Assembly (NCBI GenBank): GCA_020696385.1
Contig: JAEHCQ010000002.1
Location: forward strand, 256,001-320,000
Direction of reading: 5' to 3'
DNA: 64,000 bases
From: Methanobacteriota archaeon
Lineage (GTDB): Archaea > Thermoplasmatota > Thermoplasmata > SG8-5 > JAGLSY01
Positions 28,771-39,255 of the stretch are shown in pieces. The notes under the pieces are model-generated. The model was not told where the DNA came from. It saw only the letters and a list, made by a program, of their open reading frames with translations, and did no database searches. Made by a program: the position numbers and the translations under genes. Each line of letters starts with the position of its first letter. The first letter of the stretch is position 1.

Positions 28771-29534
28771 CCTTTTATCATCTTCAGCACCTCATCTTTA
28801 TCAGATTCCACACCATGCTTATTAAAGAAGTGGGTAATATTATTTATGTCCCTAATTAAGAACTCCTGAGCCATCGGATGGGTTACGAGTACTGCTTGAC
28901 CAACATCTATGATAACTGGTTCGCCATCCAACATCAAAATATTATACTCACTAAGATCACAATGTACGAGATCCGCATCCTGATACATCATTCTCATTTG
29001 TTCTACAAGATGAGTGAATATAGCTTCCGGATCTTCAAGTTCCACGTCCTTCATATGTCTGGCAGGAGTGTCCTTTGTTCCAATATATTCCATTACCACC
29101 ACATTGTTCTCACAAAACACTGGCCTGGGTACACGTATTCCATTTTCATGCATTCTATCCAGATTGCGAAACTCTTTCTGCGCCCACATGTATATGCCAC
29201 GCCTGTGGTTCTTTCCCACACCTCTGAAACGACGATCACCCTGTATGTATTTTTGAATATTCTTGAAGGTGGAATTTGAAACCCGATATATCTTAACAGC
29301 CAGTCGTTTGCCATCAATGGTATTTGCCCTGAAAACATTTCCTTCCTTTCCGGTTGCCAGAGGAAAGTCCAATACATCGATCACATTATTGGTCATCAGC
29401 TTGTATAAGGTCATCAAGGTCTTTTCGTCAAAAACCTCATCATAGGTCTTCCTCTGGTCAGAATCCTTATCACGGTATCTATAGGACATTATCTTGGATT
29501 CAAGCTCCATTCTCTTCTTTTCTGAAAATCCCAT
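28761..29534 (-). CDS. rio1: RIO1 serine protein kinase
   Basis: ATGKEGNVF, AVKIYR, WAQKEFRNL, LVHCDLSEYNIL, IIDVGQAV. Confidence 0.95.
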   Translation of the reverse strand: MGFSEKKRMELESKIMSYRYRDKDSDQRKTYDEVFDEKTLMTLYKLMTNNVIDVLDFPLATGKEGNVFRANTIDGKRLAVKIYRVSNSTFKNIQKYIQGDRRFRGVGKNHRRGIYMWAQKEFRNLDRMHENGIRVPRPVFCENNVVVMEYIGTKDTPARHMKDVELEDPEAIFTHLVEQMRMMYQDADLVHCDLSEYNILMLDGEPVIIDVGQAVLVTHPMAQEFLIRDINNITHFFNKHGVESDKDEVLKMIKGDA

Positions 29535-29548
29535 ACTACCTCACGGGT

Positions 29549-29875
29549 CTAGAAAATATTGATAATCTCTGGAATAACACCTTTGCGTGCGAGGTTGGTT
29601 GCCTGGGTCCTGGTGTATCGATATATAATATCGCTCTTCTCATCCTGGAACTCCCATGGCCTGATTATGAGAAGGTCGCCTTCTCTTATCCACATCCTTT
29701 TCTTGAGCTTGCCTCTTATCCTGCCCATTCTGGATTCGCCATCGGCACACATTACCTTGATCTTCGAGGCCCCCATCAGCTGATCCGCTATGGCGAACAT
29801 CTCACGCTTCATCTTTTTGGGCATTGGTGAACGAACGTATTCACCATCGCCTTCTCCTGGTTTTACATATGCCAA
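29549..29875 (-). CDS. eif1A: Translation initiation factor aIF-1A
   Basis: CADGESRMGRIRGKLKKRMWIREGD..I.PW..Q..K.DIIYRY. Confidence 0.95.
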   Translation of the reverse strand: MAYVKPGEGDGEYVRSPMPKKMKREMFAIADQLMGASKIKVMCADGESRMGRIRGKLKKRMWIREGDLLIIRPWEFQDEKSDIIYRYTRTQATNLARKGVIPEIINIF

Positions 29876-30052
29876 GTCAATTACCTGTCCTGGAGATATG
29901 AGAAGGAGTATAATAAGTTACCTTTCTCTGAAGCTAAGTAAACAAATACATTTGACCTTACTATGAATGAGAACGTGCTTTGGGGCTCGAGAAGGGCGTG
30001 AATAGGGCATCTGTGACCCTAACCCGAGTAGTGATGTGGTCGTTGGAATGGA

Positions 30053-31096
30053 TTATCCAGATATGCCATACACGGCCGCGGTCAGAAGCTTAATGAAATT
30101 AGTTAGATCATCCAAATGTATGACCTCCACTGATGAGTGGGAGTATCTCATTGGAATTCCAATCGGCATTGTGGCGGCTCCAGATTCCTGTAATGCCATA
30201 CCATCCGTGCTGCCTCCAGTCACCCCAAATTGTACCGGGATCTTGTTCTTGGTAGCTATCTTTGCCAGTTTCTCTCCAAAGCTGGGGGTGGCGATCACAC
30301 GGGCATCTACCATTCTCAATACTGGACCTTTCCCCATGTATACTGGCTCAAAGAAATCACCGAGACCGGGAGCGTCCGTTGTGGAATAGGTGTCAACAGG
30401 GATCGCATAATCCAATGGTATGCGATTGGATATCACTCTGGCTCCCCTCAATCCTATCTCTTCCTGCACACCCCAGACGAACAATACTTCATTTTTCAGC
30501 TTTTTTTCATCTATTTGTTTGAAGGTTTCAAGAAGGCCAGTGCATCCCGCTCTATTGTCCAGAGCTCGAGATACTACATATTTCTTATTCATTATGAAAT
30601 AATCTTTTTTCATCGTGATAGGCTGGAGAAGGCTGATCCCGAGCTTTTCCGTCTCCTCTCGACTTCTCGTTCCAAGGTCAATGCAGAGTTTGTCCCAGGT
30701 AGGTATTTTATCTTTTTCCTTTGGATCCAGCATGAGGTGTGGGGCATTGACACCAATGACGCCATAGACTGGTCCCTTTTTGGTATGAACTTCCACCGCC
30801 CTGCCAATGATCACCCTATCTTGTAATCCTCCTAATTTCTTGAACCTGAGAGTGCCATTGGCCAATATATTTGAAACAATGAATCCACATTCATCCATAT
30901 GAGCCATGAGGCCAAGCTTTGGTTTCTTTGGATCTGGCTTGCCCAATCTGACGATCAAGTTCCCCATCGTGTCCTCTTCCACATGCCCTTTGTTACCAAT
31001 GGAATCTTTGATATAATCTCTAACCGCCCCTTCATATCCAGGTACACCTGGGATCATAATCAATTCCTTCAATTGCTCTGATAATTTCACGATCAC
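30053..31096 (-). CDS. M42 family (TET-like) aminopeptidase
   Basis: AHMDECG, ALDNRAG, QEEIGLRGA, GGSTDG, RYSHS. Confidence 0.93.
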   Translation of the reverse strand: MIVKLSEQLKELIMIPGVPGYEGAVRDYIKDSIGNKGHVEEDTMGNLIVRLGKPDPKKPKLGLMAHMDECGFIVSNILANGTLRFKKLGGLQDRVIIGRAVEVHTKKGPVYGVIGVNAPHLMLDPKEKDKIPTWDKLCIDLGTRSREETEKLGISLLQPITMKKDYFIMNKKYVVSRALDNRAGCTGLLETFKQIDEKKLKNEVLFVWGVQEEIGLRGARVISNRIPLDYAIPVDTYSTTDAPGLGDFFEPVYMGKGPVLRMVDARVIATPSFGEKLAKIATKNKIPVQFGVTGGSTDGMALQESGAATMPIGIPMRYSHSSVEVIHLDDLTNFIKLLTAAVYGISG

Positions 31097-31102
31097 ACCT
31101 CT

Positions 31103-32329
31103 TCATTTTTTGAGAAAGGGTAATCTCGTTACTATCCCATTAAACTTCCTTTTACCTTGTTGGAGGATGAGTTCAGTTCCTGCTTTGGCGTATTTTCTAT
31201 CGATCCTGGCTAGAGCGATAGCTTTTTCCAATGATGGGGAGAAATTACCACTGGTGACTGTGCCTATAGGCTCGGAGGAAAAAATATCTGATCGAGGGGG
31301 AGACCCCTCTGTTTCCTGTGGAAATTGATTATCAGCCTGTGAAGGGTCTGCGATACCTATTGGAGGAAGAATTTGTGCACCCGGGCGGGCTACACCTTTG
31401 CCTTCTAACATGATTCCGACAAGTCTTTGGTGAAGTTTCTCCTCTTTTTGTTTTACCAAAACATCCTTTCCTATGAAATCATGATCCCATTTGACCACCC
31501 AGGAACAATTGGATTCTAAAGAGCTGTGAGATCCTGTGAAATCCGTACCTGAAAGAAGGTATCCCATTTCCAATCTCAATGTATCACGAGCTCCAAGGCC
31601 GATCGGGATAAGACCATCCCCAGCTCCAATCTTGAATAAAAGATTCCAAAGTGGAACAGCATGTTCGTTCTTTATTATCAGTTCCATACCTTCTTCTCCC
31701 GTATATCCAGTACCTGATACTGTGATTATATCATCTACTTCGAAATCTATATCATTTGAAGGTAATATGATATCTTTGTCGATCTCGATATTATCAGAGT
31801 TAGTTGATATTACATTATAATAAGCAAATTTGAATCTCCCAATATCTCTGATACCTTGACCAAATATCTTGGAAAGAATATCCGCACTTTTTGGACCCTG
31901 GACTGCTAAACAAGAATAACTATTTGATAAATTATTAACACCTTCACTGATATTTTTATTCAACCAGGAATGTATCTTATCAATAGAAGCAGCGTTTGGT
32001 ACCATCAGATATTGTTCATCTCCTGTTTTGAAGACAATGGTATCATCTATTATCGCTCCTTTTTCATTTAGGATATGGGTGTAAACAGATTTACCAATAT
32101 TAATCGTGGAAATATCATTCGTACATAATTTTTGTAACGATCTGGATTGAGCCCCCCCATTTATCAGGATCTCACCCATATGAGATACATCGAAAATACC
32201 AGCAGCTGTTCTTACTGCATGATGCTCCTTCAGAATGCCTGTAGAATACTGGATGGGCATCATCCATCCATGGAAATCTACCAGCTTTGCATCCAATTTT
32301 TCATGCTCATGATAAAGTGGGGTCTTCAT
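31103..32329 (-). CDS. gcvT: Glycine cleavage system aminomethyltransferase T
   Basis: KTPLY, FDVSHMGE, AVQGP, TGYTGE, GLGARDTLRLE, VTSG.FSP. Confidence 0.93.
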   Translation of the reverse strand: MKTPLYHEHEKLDAKLVDFHGWMMPIQYSTGILKEHHAVRTAAGIFDVSHMGEILINGGAQSRSLQKLCTNDISTINIGKSVYTHILNEKGAIIDDTIVFKTGDEQYLMVPNAASIDKIHSWLNKNISEGVNNLSNSYSCLAVQGPKSADILSKIFGQGIRDIGRFKFAYYNVISTNSDNIEIDKDIILPSNDIDFEVDDIITVSGTGYTGEEGMELIIKNEHAVPLWNLLFKIGAGDGLIPIGLGARDTLRLEMGYLLSGTDFTGSHSSLESNCSWVVKWDHDFIGKDVLVKQKEEKLHQRLVGIMLEGKGVARPGAQILPPIGIADPSQADNQFPQETEGSPPRSDIFSSEPIGTVTSGNFSPSLEKAIALARIDRKYAKAGTELILQQGKRKFNGIVTRLPFLKK

Positions 32330-32499
32330 AAGCTTGGACAATTCGATTATGGTTATATAATTTTTCAATAATAATTGAAGATTCGATGTTTTAATCTAAG
32401 AATATTAGATAGTTATTATGATTACTATACTAACGCATATCAATATGCCAATAATATTAGTTTTTCTCCTGATATTAAAAGCAATGAATGATTCATTCC

Positions 32500-32654
32500 A
32501 AGCCCTAATTCCGCAACCTTAAGGTTTGCGGATACAGGGCGCAGAGCGCCTGTAGAATTAACTTTGATTGAATTCATTAAGGGCTCATATCCCCGCTAAT
32601 CTATAAAGATTAACGAAGGGGATACCCCACCCTTTAGGGTTGAGGAGCCCTCAT
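32500..32654 (+). mobile_element. Probable non-autonomous IS200/IS605-derived miniature element (ends only)
   Basis: GC-richer patch in AT-rich intergenic DNA. Left hairpin AAGCCCT..TCCGCAA-CCTTAAGGT-TTGCGGA..AGGGC; right ACCCCACCCTTTAGGGTTGAGG...TCAT. Both resemble IS605-group ends from memory; no tnpA/tnpB. Confidence 0.55.
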
Positions 32655-32702
32655 TGTTTAATAAGGAAAATTATAAATCATAAATAGAAATTTAGGTTAT
32701 GC

Positions 32703-33104
32703 ATGAACCTAGATCAGACATTCTATAAATTAAGGGAGATATTACACCAATATAGAATTGAGATTGGTGTTTTCTTTGTAATATTTGGAAGTGTACTTGT
32801 TTTCCTTTCAGGATTTGGGATATTGGCTGAAGATGGTTCTGATTCTATTTTCATTTCTATCAAAGATCTTCTGGGTGGGTGGATATATTGGATGATCGTA
32901 ATCGGTACCATCATGTTATTGCTCGGACTTTTTTATTTATTTGATTTCATATCAAAAAGAAGGGAATTCTATAAATTATTTGAAGAAGAAAGTAAATCCA
33001 AATTCATCAAGAATCAGGACAGGATCGAAGAACTGGCCTGGAGATTGAATCCCAAATTCGAAAAGATGGTTATTGAGAAAAAAGCCAAGTGGCGGATCAA
33101 GTAA
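32703..33104 (+). CDS. DUF3198-like membrane protein
   Basis: Two TM helices, G.WIYW, ESKSKFIKN...EELAWRL pattern. Confidence 0.7.
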   Translation: MNLDQTFYKLREILHQYRIEIGVFFVIFGSVLVFLSGFGILAEDGSDSIFISIKDLLGGWIYWMIVIGTIMLLLGLFYLFDFISKRREFYKLFEEESKSKFIKNQDRIEELAWRLNPKFEKMVIEKKAKWRIK

Positions 33105-33354
33105 GTGTGATTCGGTTCCCCATATTAATTTGATTATTATCTTAGTGAAATAAGATAGATTATAGCTAAAGCCATATATGATTTAATAATAATTAATCAG
33201 CCTATTTACTTACAAATTATTAAAAATTTATTTTTAATACAATAAAATTAAGATATTAACAAAATGTTCATAACATTGATATGTAATAAGAACAATCACT
33301 ATTCCACATATGATATACTTAATTAAAATTAAGATATTATAGAAATCGTGGAGG

Positions 33355-33756
33355 ATGAGAAATATGACACAACAAGGAAATTATCAGCAGCCAGCACCAG
33401 TACCGCAACATCAACCAGTATATCCACAACAAGCCAAACCCGAGATATCAGATATGATTGTTGGGAAAGGAAAATTGGATCTGTTCCTGATGGGTGGTGG
33501 ATTATTGATACTATTGGGTCTATTATTCCTGGATCTATTAAGATCTGGAGCTGTGGACCCCTCTGAAACCCTTTCATTCCTTGGTCTGGTATTATTCCAT
33601 ACTGGAATAATAGCATTGATCAGTCTCTTGCTTGTCGCAGGGATCGTCAGGGATGATATTCCAGAGAACACACGAACCATGATGATAAGAGCATCTGGCT
33701 TGATAGCCGCAGCTTTTATCTTCGCTACAGCATTGGGATTCCTAGGATTTAATTAA
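33355..33756 (+). CDS. Hypothetical 3-TM membrane protein with Q/P-rich N-terminus
   Basis: GGAGG upstream, QQPAPVPQHQPVYPQQ, three hydrophobic helices. Confidence 0.65.
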   Translation: MRNMTQQGNYQQPAPVPQHQPVYPQQAKPEISDMIVGKGKLDLFLMGGGLLILLGLLFLDLLRSGAVDPSETLSFLGLVLFHTGIIALISLLLVAGIVRDDIPENTRTMMIRASGLIAAAFIFATALGFLGFN

Positions 33757-33759
33757 ATA

Positions 33760-34130
33760 TCTATCCTAGATAATACAATATGAGCTTATGTAATGGAATA
33801 ATAAAGAAAATAAAAAATGCAGAGGTTCTGCCTCTGCCCCTTTTAATTATTTTATACAATTCAATTAAAAAATGTGGAAAACCTACATTTCATATGTAAG
33901 CGAATCGGTGCTTCCCAATCATCATCATATTTCAACCCCCCTCATCGATCAGCCTCATTAATTTTAATTTTCAAATCATAAAATATATATAGATTCCTAT
34001 TAAGCCAGTGTTATATTAATTCAATACCGATGTGAAAAAAAGTAAGTTAAGAAAACTATTAGTAGGATTCGCTTTCTTACACCCCTGCTCATTTGTATAA
34101 TGCGGCTTTCCAATGGAAACGATGGGGTCC
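33760..34130. other. Probable chromosomal replication origin (oriC)
   Basis: AT-rich intergenic DNA directly upstream of orc1/cdc6, with one strong ORB and G/C-string half sites near 33936 and 34081. Confidence 0.7.
34108..34128 (+). promoter_or_regulatory. Origin recognition box (ORB)
   Basis: TTCCAATGGAAACGATGGGGT fits the archaeal ORB consensus TTCCAnTGGAAAn(3-4)GGGG. Confidence 0.8.
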
Positions 34131-34203
34131 CCCCGCCATTAGATCTTGGCGGTCGGGATAAAGAAATTATCTATTGAGAGCTGTAGTTCAGGGGGAGCGC
34201 ACC

Positions 34204-35451
34204 GTGACAGCCACGATCTTCGATAACCATCTTAAAACACCCTCGATATTCAAGAGGGACAGGGATATCTTGAGAGCATCATATATCCCGGAGAAGCTAT
34301 TGCACAGGGATGACCAGATCAGCCAGATAGCCAGTATACTCGTTCCTGCTTTGAGAGGTGAAAGGCCATCCAATATACTGATATTCGGGAAAACTGGAAC
34401 CGGAAAAACAGCCACTGCCAAATATATGAGCAAAGAAATAACCAAAGCAGCTCAATCGGATCTCACCAAATTCAATGATGTTGTTTATATTTACATCAAT
34501 TGCGAAATAGTGGACACCCAATATGGTGTTCTGCAGAATATCGGAAATAGATTCATAAAGGATTTTGATGAGCGGATACCCCCAACTGGCTGGGCTACTG
34601 AAAGGGTATATTATAAATTGAAAGACGAGATGGATTCCAAACCGAGGGTGTGTATCGTCGTCCTGGATGAGATCGATAGGTTCGTGCATAAGACTGGGGA
34701 TGACGCTCTTTACCGCCTTACGAAGATCAATGACGAGTTCGAAAATGCGAAGATGTGTCTGATCGGCATATCCAATAATATGAAATTCACAGAGCTTCTT
34801 GATCCCAGGGTGAGGAGTAGGCTGGGCGATGAAAAAATGGTATTTCCACCATATGATGCGGATCAATTACGGGATATTCTCGCACAGAGGGCGGAACTGG
34901 CATTCGCGGAGAATGTGGTAGATCCAAATGTCCTATCACTTTGTGCCGCTGTTGAAGCCAATGAGCAAGGGGATGCCAGAAGTGCTCTGGACCTTCTCAG
35001 AGTGTCGGCGGAGCTGGCGGAGCGGAATCGTGATACCCAGGTTACGGAGCAGCATGTTTACAAGGCCAAGAACAAGATAGAGTTAGATTGCGTCATAGAG
35101 GCCGTTAGAACACTCCCTCTTCAATCCAAAGTCATACTCTTGGGTATTCTTATGAATGAGGAGATAGGCCAATTAAAACTCACTACAGGCGATGTTTATG
35201 CCACATACAAGGAGCTTTGCAGAAAGACCGGCCTATCGATGGTTACACAACGCCGCGTTACCGATCTGATATCCGAGCTGGATATGATGGGCATCATAAG
35301 TGCGAGGGTGAAATCATTTGGCAGGGGTGGAAGGACCAAGGAAATTGTTTCCAGTGTCCCCTTGCTGGAAACCAAATCCGTGCTTTTGAGAGATCCGATG
35401 ATCGAGACACTGGGTAATTATAAGTTAAAACATCAAATGACCCTGATGTGA
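34204..35451 (+). CDS. cdc6: Orc1/Cdc6 replication initiator
   Basis: SYIPEKLLHRD, GKTGTGKT, YINC, VLDEID, GISN, FPPY, GDAR, C-terminal wHTH with GRGGRT; GTG start after a GGGGGAG RBS. Confidence 0.96.
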   Translation: MTATIFDNHLKTPSIFKRDRDILRASYIPEKLLHRDDQISQIASILVPALRGERPSNILIFGKTGTGKTATAKYMSKEITKAAQSDLTKFNDVVYIYINCEIVDTQYGVLQNIGNRFIKDFDERIPPTGWATERVYYKLKDEMDSKPRVCIVVLDEIDRFVHKTGDDALYRLTKINDEFENAKMCLIGISNNMKFTELLDPRVRSRLGDEKMVFPPYDADQLRDILAQRAELAFAENVVDPNVLSLCAAVEANEQGDARSALDLLRVSAELAERNRDTQVTEQHVYKAKNKIELDCVIEAVRTLPLQSKVILLGILMNEEIGQLKLTTGDVYATYKELCRKTGLSMVTQRRVTDLISELDMMGIISARVKSFGRGGRTKEIVSSVPLLETKSVLLRDPMIETLGNYKLKHQMTLM

Positions 35452-35492
35452 GAACTATCAGTCTCTAAAGATCCTGAAAGTTCTCATTCCAG

Positions 35493-35561
35493 GCCATAGT
35501 CCCAAACACGCAGCGGTACTCTCGCTGCGATCATTTACTGAGAAAATGATGGGACTACGGC
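35493..35561. repeat. Three-way-junction palindromic element between convergent genes
   Basis: GCCATAGTCCC/GGGACTACGGC closes the hairpins CGCAGCG/CGCTGCG and ATCATTT/AAATGAT. Confidence 0.6.
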
Positions 35562-35624
35562 AACCGACTACTCTCCAAATATTTTCACATATTCATTGAA
35601 GATAATATGTGGGTCCTAAAGATA

Positions 35625-36761
35625 TTATTTATCTAACTGGCGCCCACAGCTAGGACATTCACTCTCTGTATTTTCCACCAATACTTCACAATGTGGACAT
35701 GGAATCTTGACAATTTCCTTGATGATTATAGTTTCTTTCTCTTTAATCACATCAACAGATGTTTCATCTTCTCCAGTAGGCTTTTTAATTGTAGTATCCG
35801 ACACATCTTCAGCTGAAGGGTCCGACATATTATCTGGATCTGGAGTATGATCTGAAGAATTCTCATCTGTTTTTTCAGATCCATCCCCCTCTTCCTCTAT
35901 AGTTTCCTCATCCTCCCCACCCTTCTTTTTCCAGATCAAGGGCAGGCCGAAATCAATGAACAATGGAACACCTATCAAGATCACGATAGATATCATCAAA
36001 TTTGGCCAGCTGTTTGGAGGGGCAGGTCCTCGTATACCACCAGTGAATGTCAGTTTGATAAGGCCGAACCAAGGTAGTTCACCCACGGCTCTTCCAACCA
36101 CCCATTCTTCTTTGATAAGCATGTATCCACCGGATCTTTGGTCATAGGCAGGGACATTATTATCCCCCATCGTGACGAATCCGCTATGAGGCTCCACACC
36201 CGCATGCCGGAAATTGAAAATAATACCCTCGATACCGATTATCACATCTCGATCCTTGTAGCCATATCCCTTCAATATGATCTCTGAGGTGACATCATAT
36301 AGTCCAAGTTCTGGGGCATCGAAACTGAGATTCTCATAATCATACCTATCGGAGTTCAGTGAACTCACCTTTGAGTCATTGAGCTCCAGCCAGAGAACCG
36401 CTCTGTGAATGATGGGTGTTAATTCGGAGATACCATTCGGTTTGTATATGATGACATCCCCGAACTCATCATAAGTCCGATAATTGCTCCCCTCCCCTTC
36501 CACATAGGTCACTATTTTATCTCTTGAGGGCGAGTCTTTGACAAGTACCATATCACCAGTGTCGATGACGCCTATTTCACTGTCGATACCGTGCATCATA
36601 CTGCCGGATTCAACTACAACGACCGGAGGCCATACCTGACAATAGGCCAGAAGCACACTCATAATGATAGCCACGACAATGATCGCCGCGATCACATCCT
36701 TGGCCACTCCGATGGCCGTTTTCTTCACAAGCTCTTTATTCATCGTAAACCCTGTGGACAT
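35625..36761 (-). CDS. Signal peptidase I (S26, Sec11-type) with acidic linker and C-terminal zinc ribbon
   Basis: VVVESGSMMH, IDTGD, PIIHRAV, TMGDNN; CPHC..CPSC. Confidence 0.9.
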   Translation of the reverse strand: MSTGFTMNKELVKKTAIGVAKDVIAAIIVVAIIMSVLLAYCQVWPPVVVVESGSMMHGIDSEIGVIDTGDMVLVKDSPSRDKIVTYVEGEGSNYRTYDEFGDVIIYKPNGISELTPIIHRAVLWLELNDSKVSSLNSDRYDYENLSFDAPELGLYDVTSEIILKGYGYKDRDVIIGIEGIIFNFRHAGVEPHSGFVTMGDNNVPAYDQRSGGYMLIKEEWVVGRAVGELPWFGLIKLTFTGGIRGPAPPNSWPNLMISIVILIGVPLFIDFGLPLIWKKKGGEDEETIEEEGDGSEKTDENSSDHTPDPDNMSDPSAEDVSDTTIKKPTGEDETSVDVIKEKETIIIKEIVKIPCPHCEVLVENTESECPSCGRQLDK

Positions 36762-36835
36762 CGCAAATTATTGTTCATATATAAAATAAGCCCAAAGAAT
36801 CATAAACACCTTTCACTTCCACTCTCTGATAAGAT

Positions 36836-37309
36836 ATGAAAGAATCTACAGAGAAGAAACATGGTTCGAATACCAGACCCACAAAGACCGAATATTTCAT
36901 GGATATGGCCACTCTCGCCTCCAAGAGATCCACATGCCTCAGGCGCGCGGTGGGCGCGGTCCTCGTGAAAGATGGCCATGTTCTTTCAACCGGATACAAT
37001 GGCGCACCCAAAGGGCTGGATCACTGTGAAGTTACAGGTTGTATTAGAGATCGGATGAACGTTCCCAGCGGAGAAAGACATGAGCTTTGTCGGGGAGTGC
37101 ATGCGGAACAAAACGCGATAATCCAGGCCGCGTATTTCGGTGTCAGTGTGAATGGGGCGAAGATATACATCACGAACCATCCATGTAGTGTGTGTGCGAA
37201 GATGTTGCTGAACGCGGGCATCGTGGAAGTGATCTACAAGGGCGATTACCATGATGAACTGGCTGTGGAGATGCTGGAAGAGGGCGATATCAAGATCTGG
37301 CGATTCTAA
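36836..37309 (+). CDS. dCMP deaminase / ComEB family
   Basis: RSTCLRRAVGA, TGYNG.P, HAEQNAI, PCSVC. Confidence 0.93.
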   Translation: MKESTEKKHGSNTRPTKTEYFMDMATLASKRSTCLRRAVGAVLVKDGHVLSTGYNGAPKGLDHCEVTGCIRDRMNVPSGERHELCRGVHAEQNAIIQAAYFGVSVNGAKIYITNHPCSVCAKMLLNAGIVEVIYKGDYHDELAVEMLEEGDIKIWRF

Positions 37310-37367
37310 GTTCCCTTATGGTAATTCCCTCGCATCATCCCCAAAATATATAGAGAATTTGGTAAAG

Positions 37368-38435
37368 TTATATATCAATCTTATAAAGGGCTTCTTTTCT
37401 TTTTCTTATTATCGCAAGAGATGTTTTTTGTTGATCTATATTTGCAGACATTGTTGGAGATAAATATATGTTTTTCATTGCACCAAGAGAGCCTGGAAAT
37501 TGATGAGTATACCTATTTTCCCAATCAAGATGCTCGTCAACAGAAGAAAATACTTGGAAAAGTAAGATATTATATCTTCCTAAACTTGCCTCCAAAACAT
37601 AGGGAACACATGGATCAGATTTTATGGCCTTGATAACATTATTCATTGATTTTTTAATCTCAAGTAGACAATAAACTAAAATATGACCTGATGGGACGAA
37701 AAATTTTGGAAATCTAGATACTGGCATTCCAATGACCCTCTCTTTAAGAAGGCTGGAAATACGACGCTCAACGGTTTTCCTGTTGATCTCTAGTTTTTTT
37801 GATAATAGATTTTCATTTGTTCTGATGCTTCCCCCCATCATTAGTTTTTTCAAAATCTGAATGTTCAGATTATTCATCTTATAGCCATTCAACATCAACT
37901 TTTCTCCTTTCTGATACCTCTCCTCCATTCGAAAGATAGGAGAATATGGTTCATATTTGATAATGTGATTATTACTAAAATAAGAGCCACTGGCGGGATG
38001 TCTATTATCTCTTGGCGATATCTCTTTTTCAGCTACTATTTTCTTCCTCCAGTCAACGTATGAGGATATGTCTTTAAAAAACATAATTAAGAATGTGTTG
38101 TATTCCTCATCTTTAAGATAATAGGCACCAAAAATATGTTCATTCTCAATAAGGAATTTGGAGATACTCTCTGTCCTGGGCAGATCCGCTCTCACAATCA
38201 CCATCAAAGGATGCTCTTGATGTAGTCTAATAAATGGGTATACTGGCTTATTTATTATTTCATGGTCGAACAATGCCTGGACTTGGTCTCTTATCGTATC
38301 TCGATGTTTGTTCAGATCCCTGGCTAAACCACTGATATTTACCTCAACTCCAACTCCATTGCAAATATTTTCAAGAATAGTCAAATTTAATTCATCATCC
38401 AACAGCGCCGACATAATGCAGGATTGATTGGGCAC
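37368..38435 (-). CDS. Tandem Lrp/AsnC-like transcriptional regulator
   Basis: Two HTH modules (NISGLARDLNKHRDTI; NENLLSKKLEINRKTVERRI), each followed by a RAM-like domain; divergent from the redox operon. Confidence 0.7.
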   Translation of the reverse strand: MPNQSCIMSALLDDELNLTILENICNGVGVEVNISGLARDLNKHRDTIRDQVQALFDHEIINKPVYPFIRLHQEHPLMVIVRADLPRTESISKFLIENEHIFGAYYLKDEEYNTFLIMFFKDISSYVDWRKKIVAEKEISPRDNRHPASGSYFSNNHIIKYEPYSPIFRMEERYQKGEKLMLNGYKMNNLNIQILKKLMMGGSIRTNENLLSKKLEINRKTVERRISSLLKERVIGMPVSRFPKFFVPSGHILVYCLLEIKKSMNNVIKAIKSDPCVPYVLEASLGRYNILLFQVFSSVDEHLDWENRYTHQFPGSLGAMKNIYLSPTMSANIDQQKTSLAIIRKRKEALYKIDI

Positions 38436-38715
38436 TATAAGTAATTAACCACTTATTTATACGCTATTTTGCACATATTTTTGTGCTAATTACCGTCAAT
38501 ATTAATGCCCAAAAAACCATAGTAGAACTCAACACTAAGGGTACATAGTAATTAATTTATGTACATTTGTAGCGAAATATCGGCTCGAAATGACCGGGCA
38601 ATATTAATAAGTGTTTTCCCATCGCACTCGCACATGGAAATATACAATGATTCACTCACCCAGCCAAATCCTAAAATGATCTCATTGTATCTTGAAGCTA
38701 GAAAGGTGATTGATA

Positions 38716-39255
38716 ATGAATAGTACACAAATAGATCCTCAGGTCAAGGAACAGAAGGAAGCTACATTTCTAGAGGATGCTGGCGAGATGGATAGAAAAG
38801 TGGAACAAATACTCAATGACTATGGCAGAAATAAGAGTTCATTGATATCCATTTTACTGGATATACAATCCGAATACAATTATCTGCCAAAGGATGCACT
38901 GGTTATGGTATCTGACAAACTCAATATCCATCTAATTGAGATATACACGGTTGCCACGTTTTACACGGTATTCAGCTTGAAACCAAGAGGGAAATACGTA
39001 ATCAATGTATGTGTTGGTACCGCCTGCCATGTGAGGGGTGGACGCAGGATAGTTGATAAAATTCAGAAAGAACTGAATATCGATGTTGGCGAAACAACCG
39101 GGGATATGCAATTCACCCTCGAAACAGTCAGGTGCCTTGGTGCATGTGCTCTTGGTCCAGTCATGGTTATAAATGGAGAATATTATGGCCAATTGAGTAC
39201 CAAAAAAGCAAATACAGTACTTCAAACATATATAGCAAAGGAGGTCGAGGCATGA
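38716..39255 (+). CDS. NuoE/HydC-like [2Fe-2S] subunit
   Basis: VATFY.VF...PRG, VCVGTACHVRG, CLGACALGP. Confidence 0.92.
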   Translation: MNSTQIDPQVKEQKEATFLEDAGEMDRKVEQILNDYGRNKSSLISILLDIQSEYNYLPKDALVMVSDKLNIHLIEIYTVATFYTVFSLKPRGKYVINVCVGTACHVRGGRRIVDKIQKELNIDVGETTGDMQFTLETVRCLGACALGPVMVINGEYYGQLSTKKANTVLQTYIAKEVEA

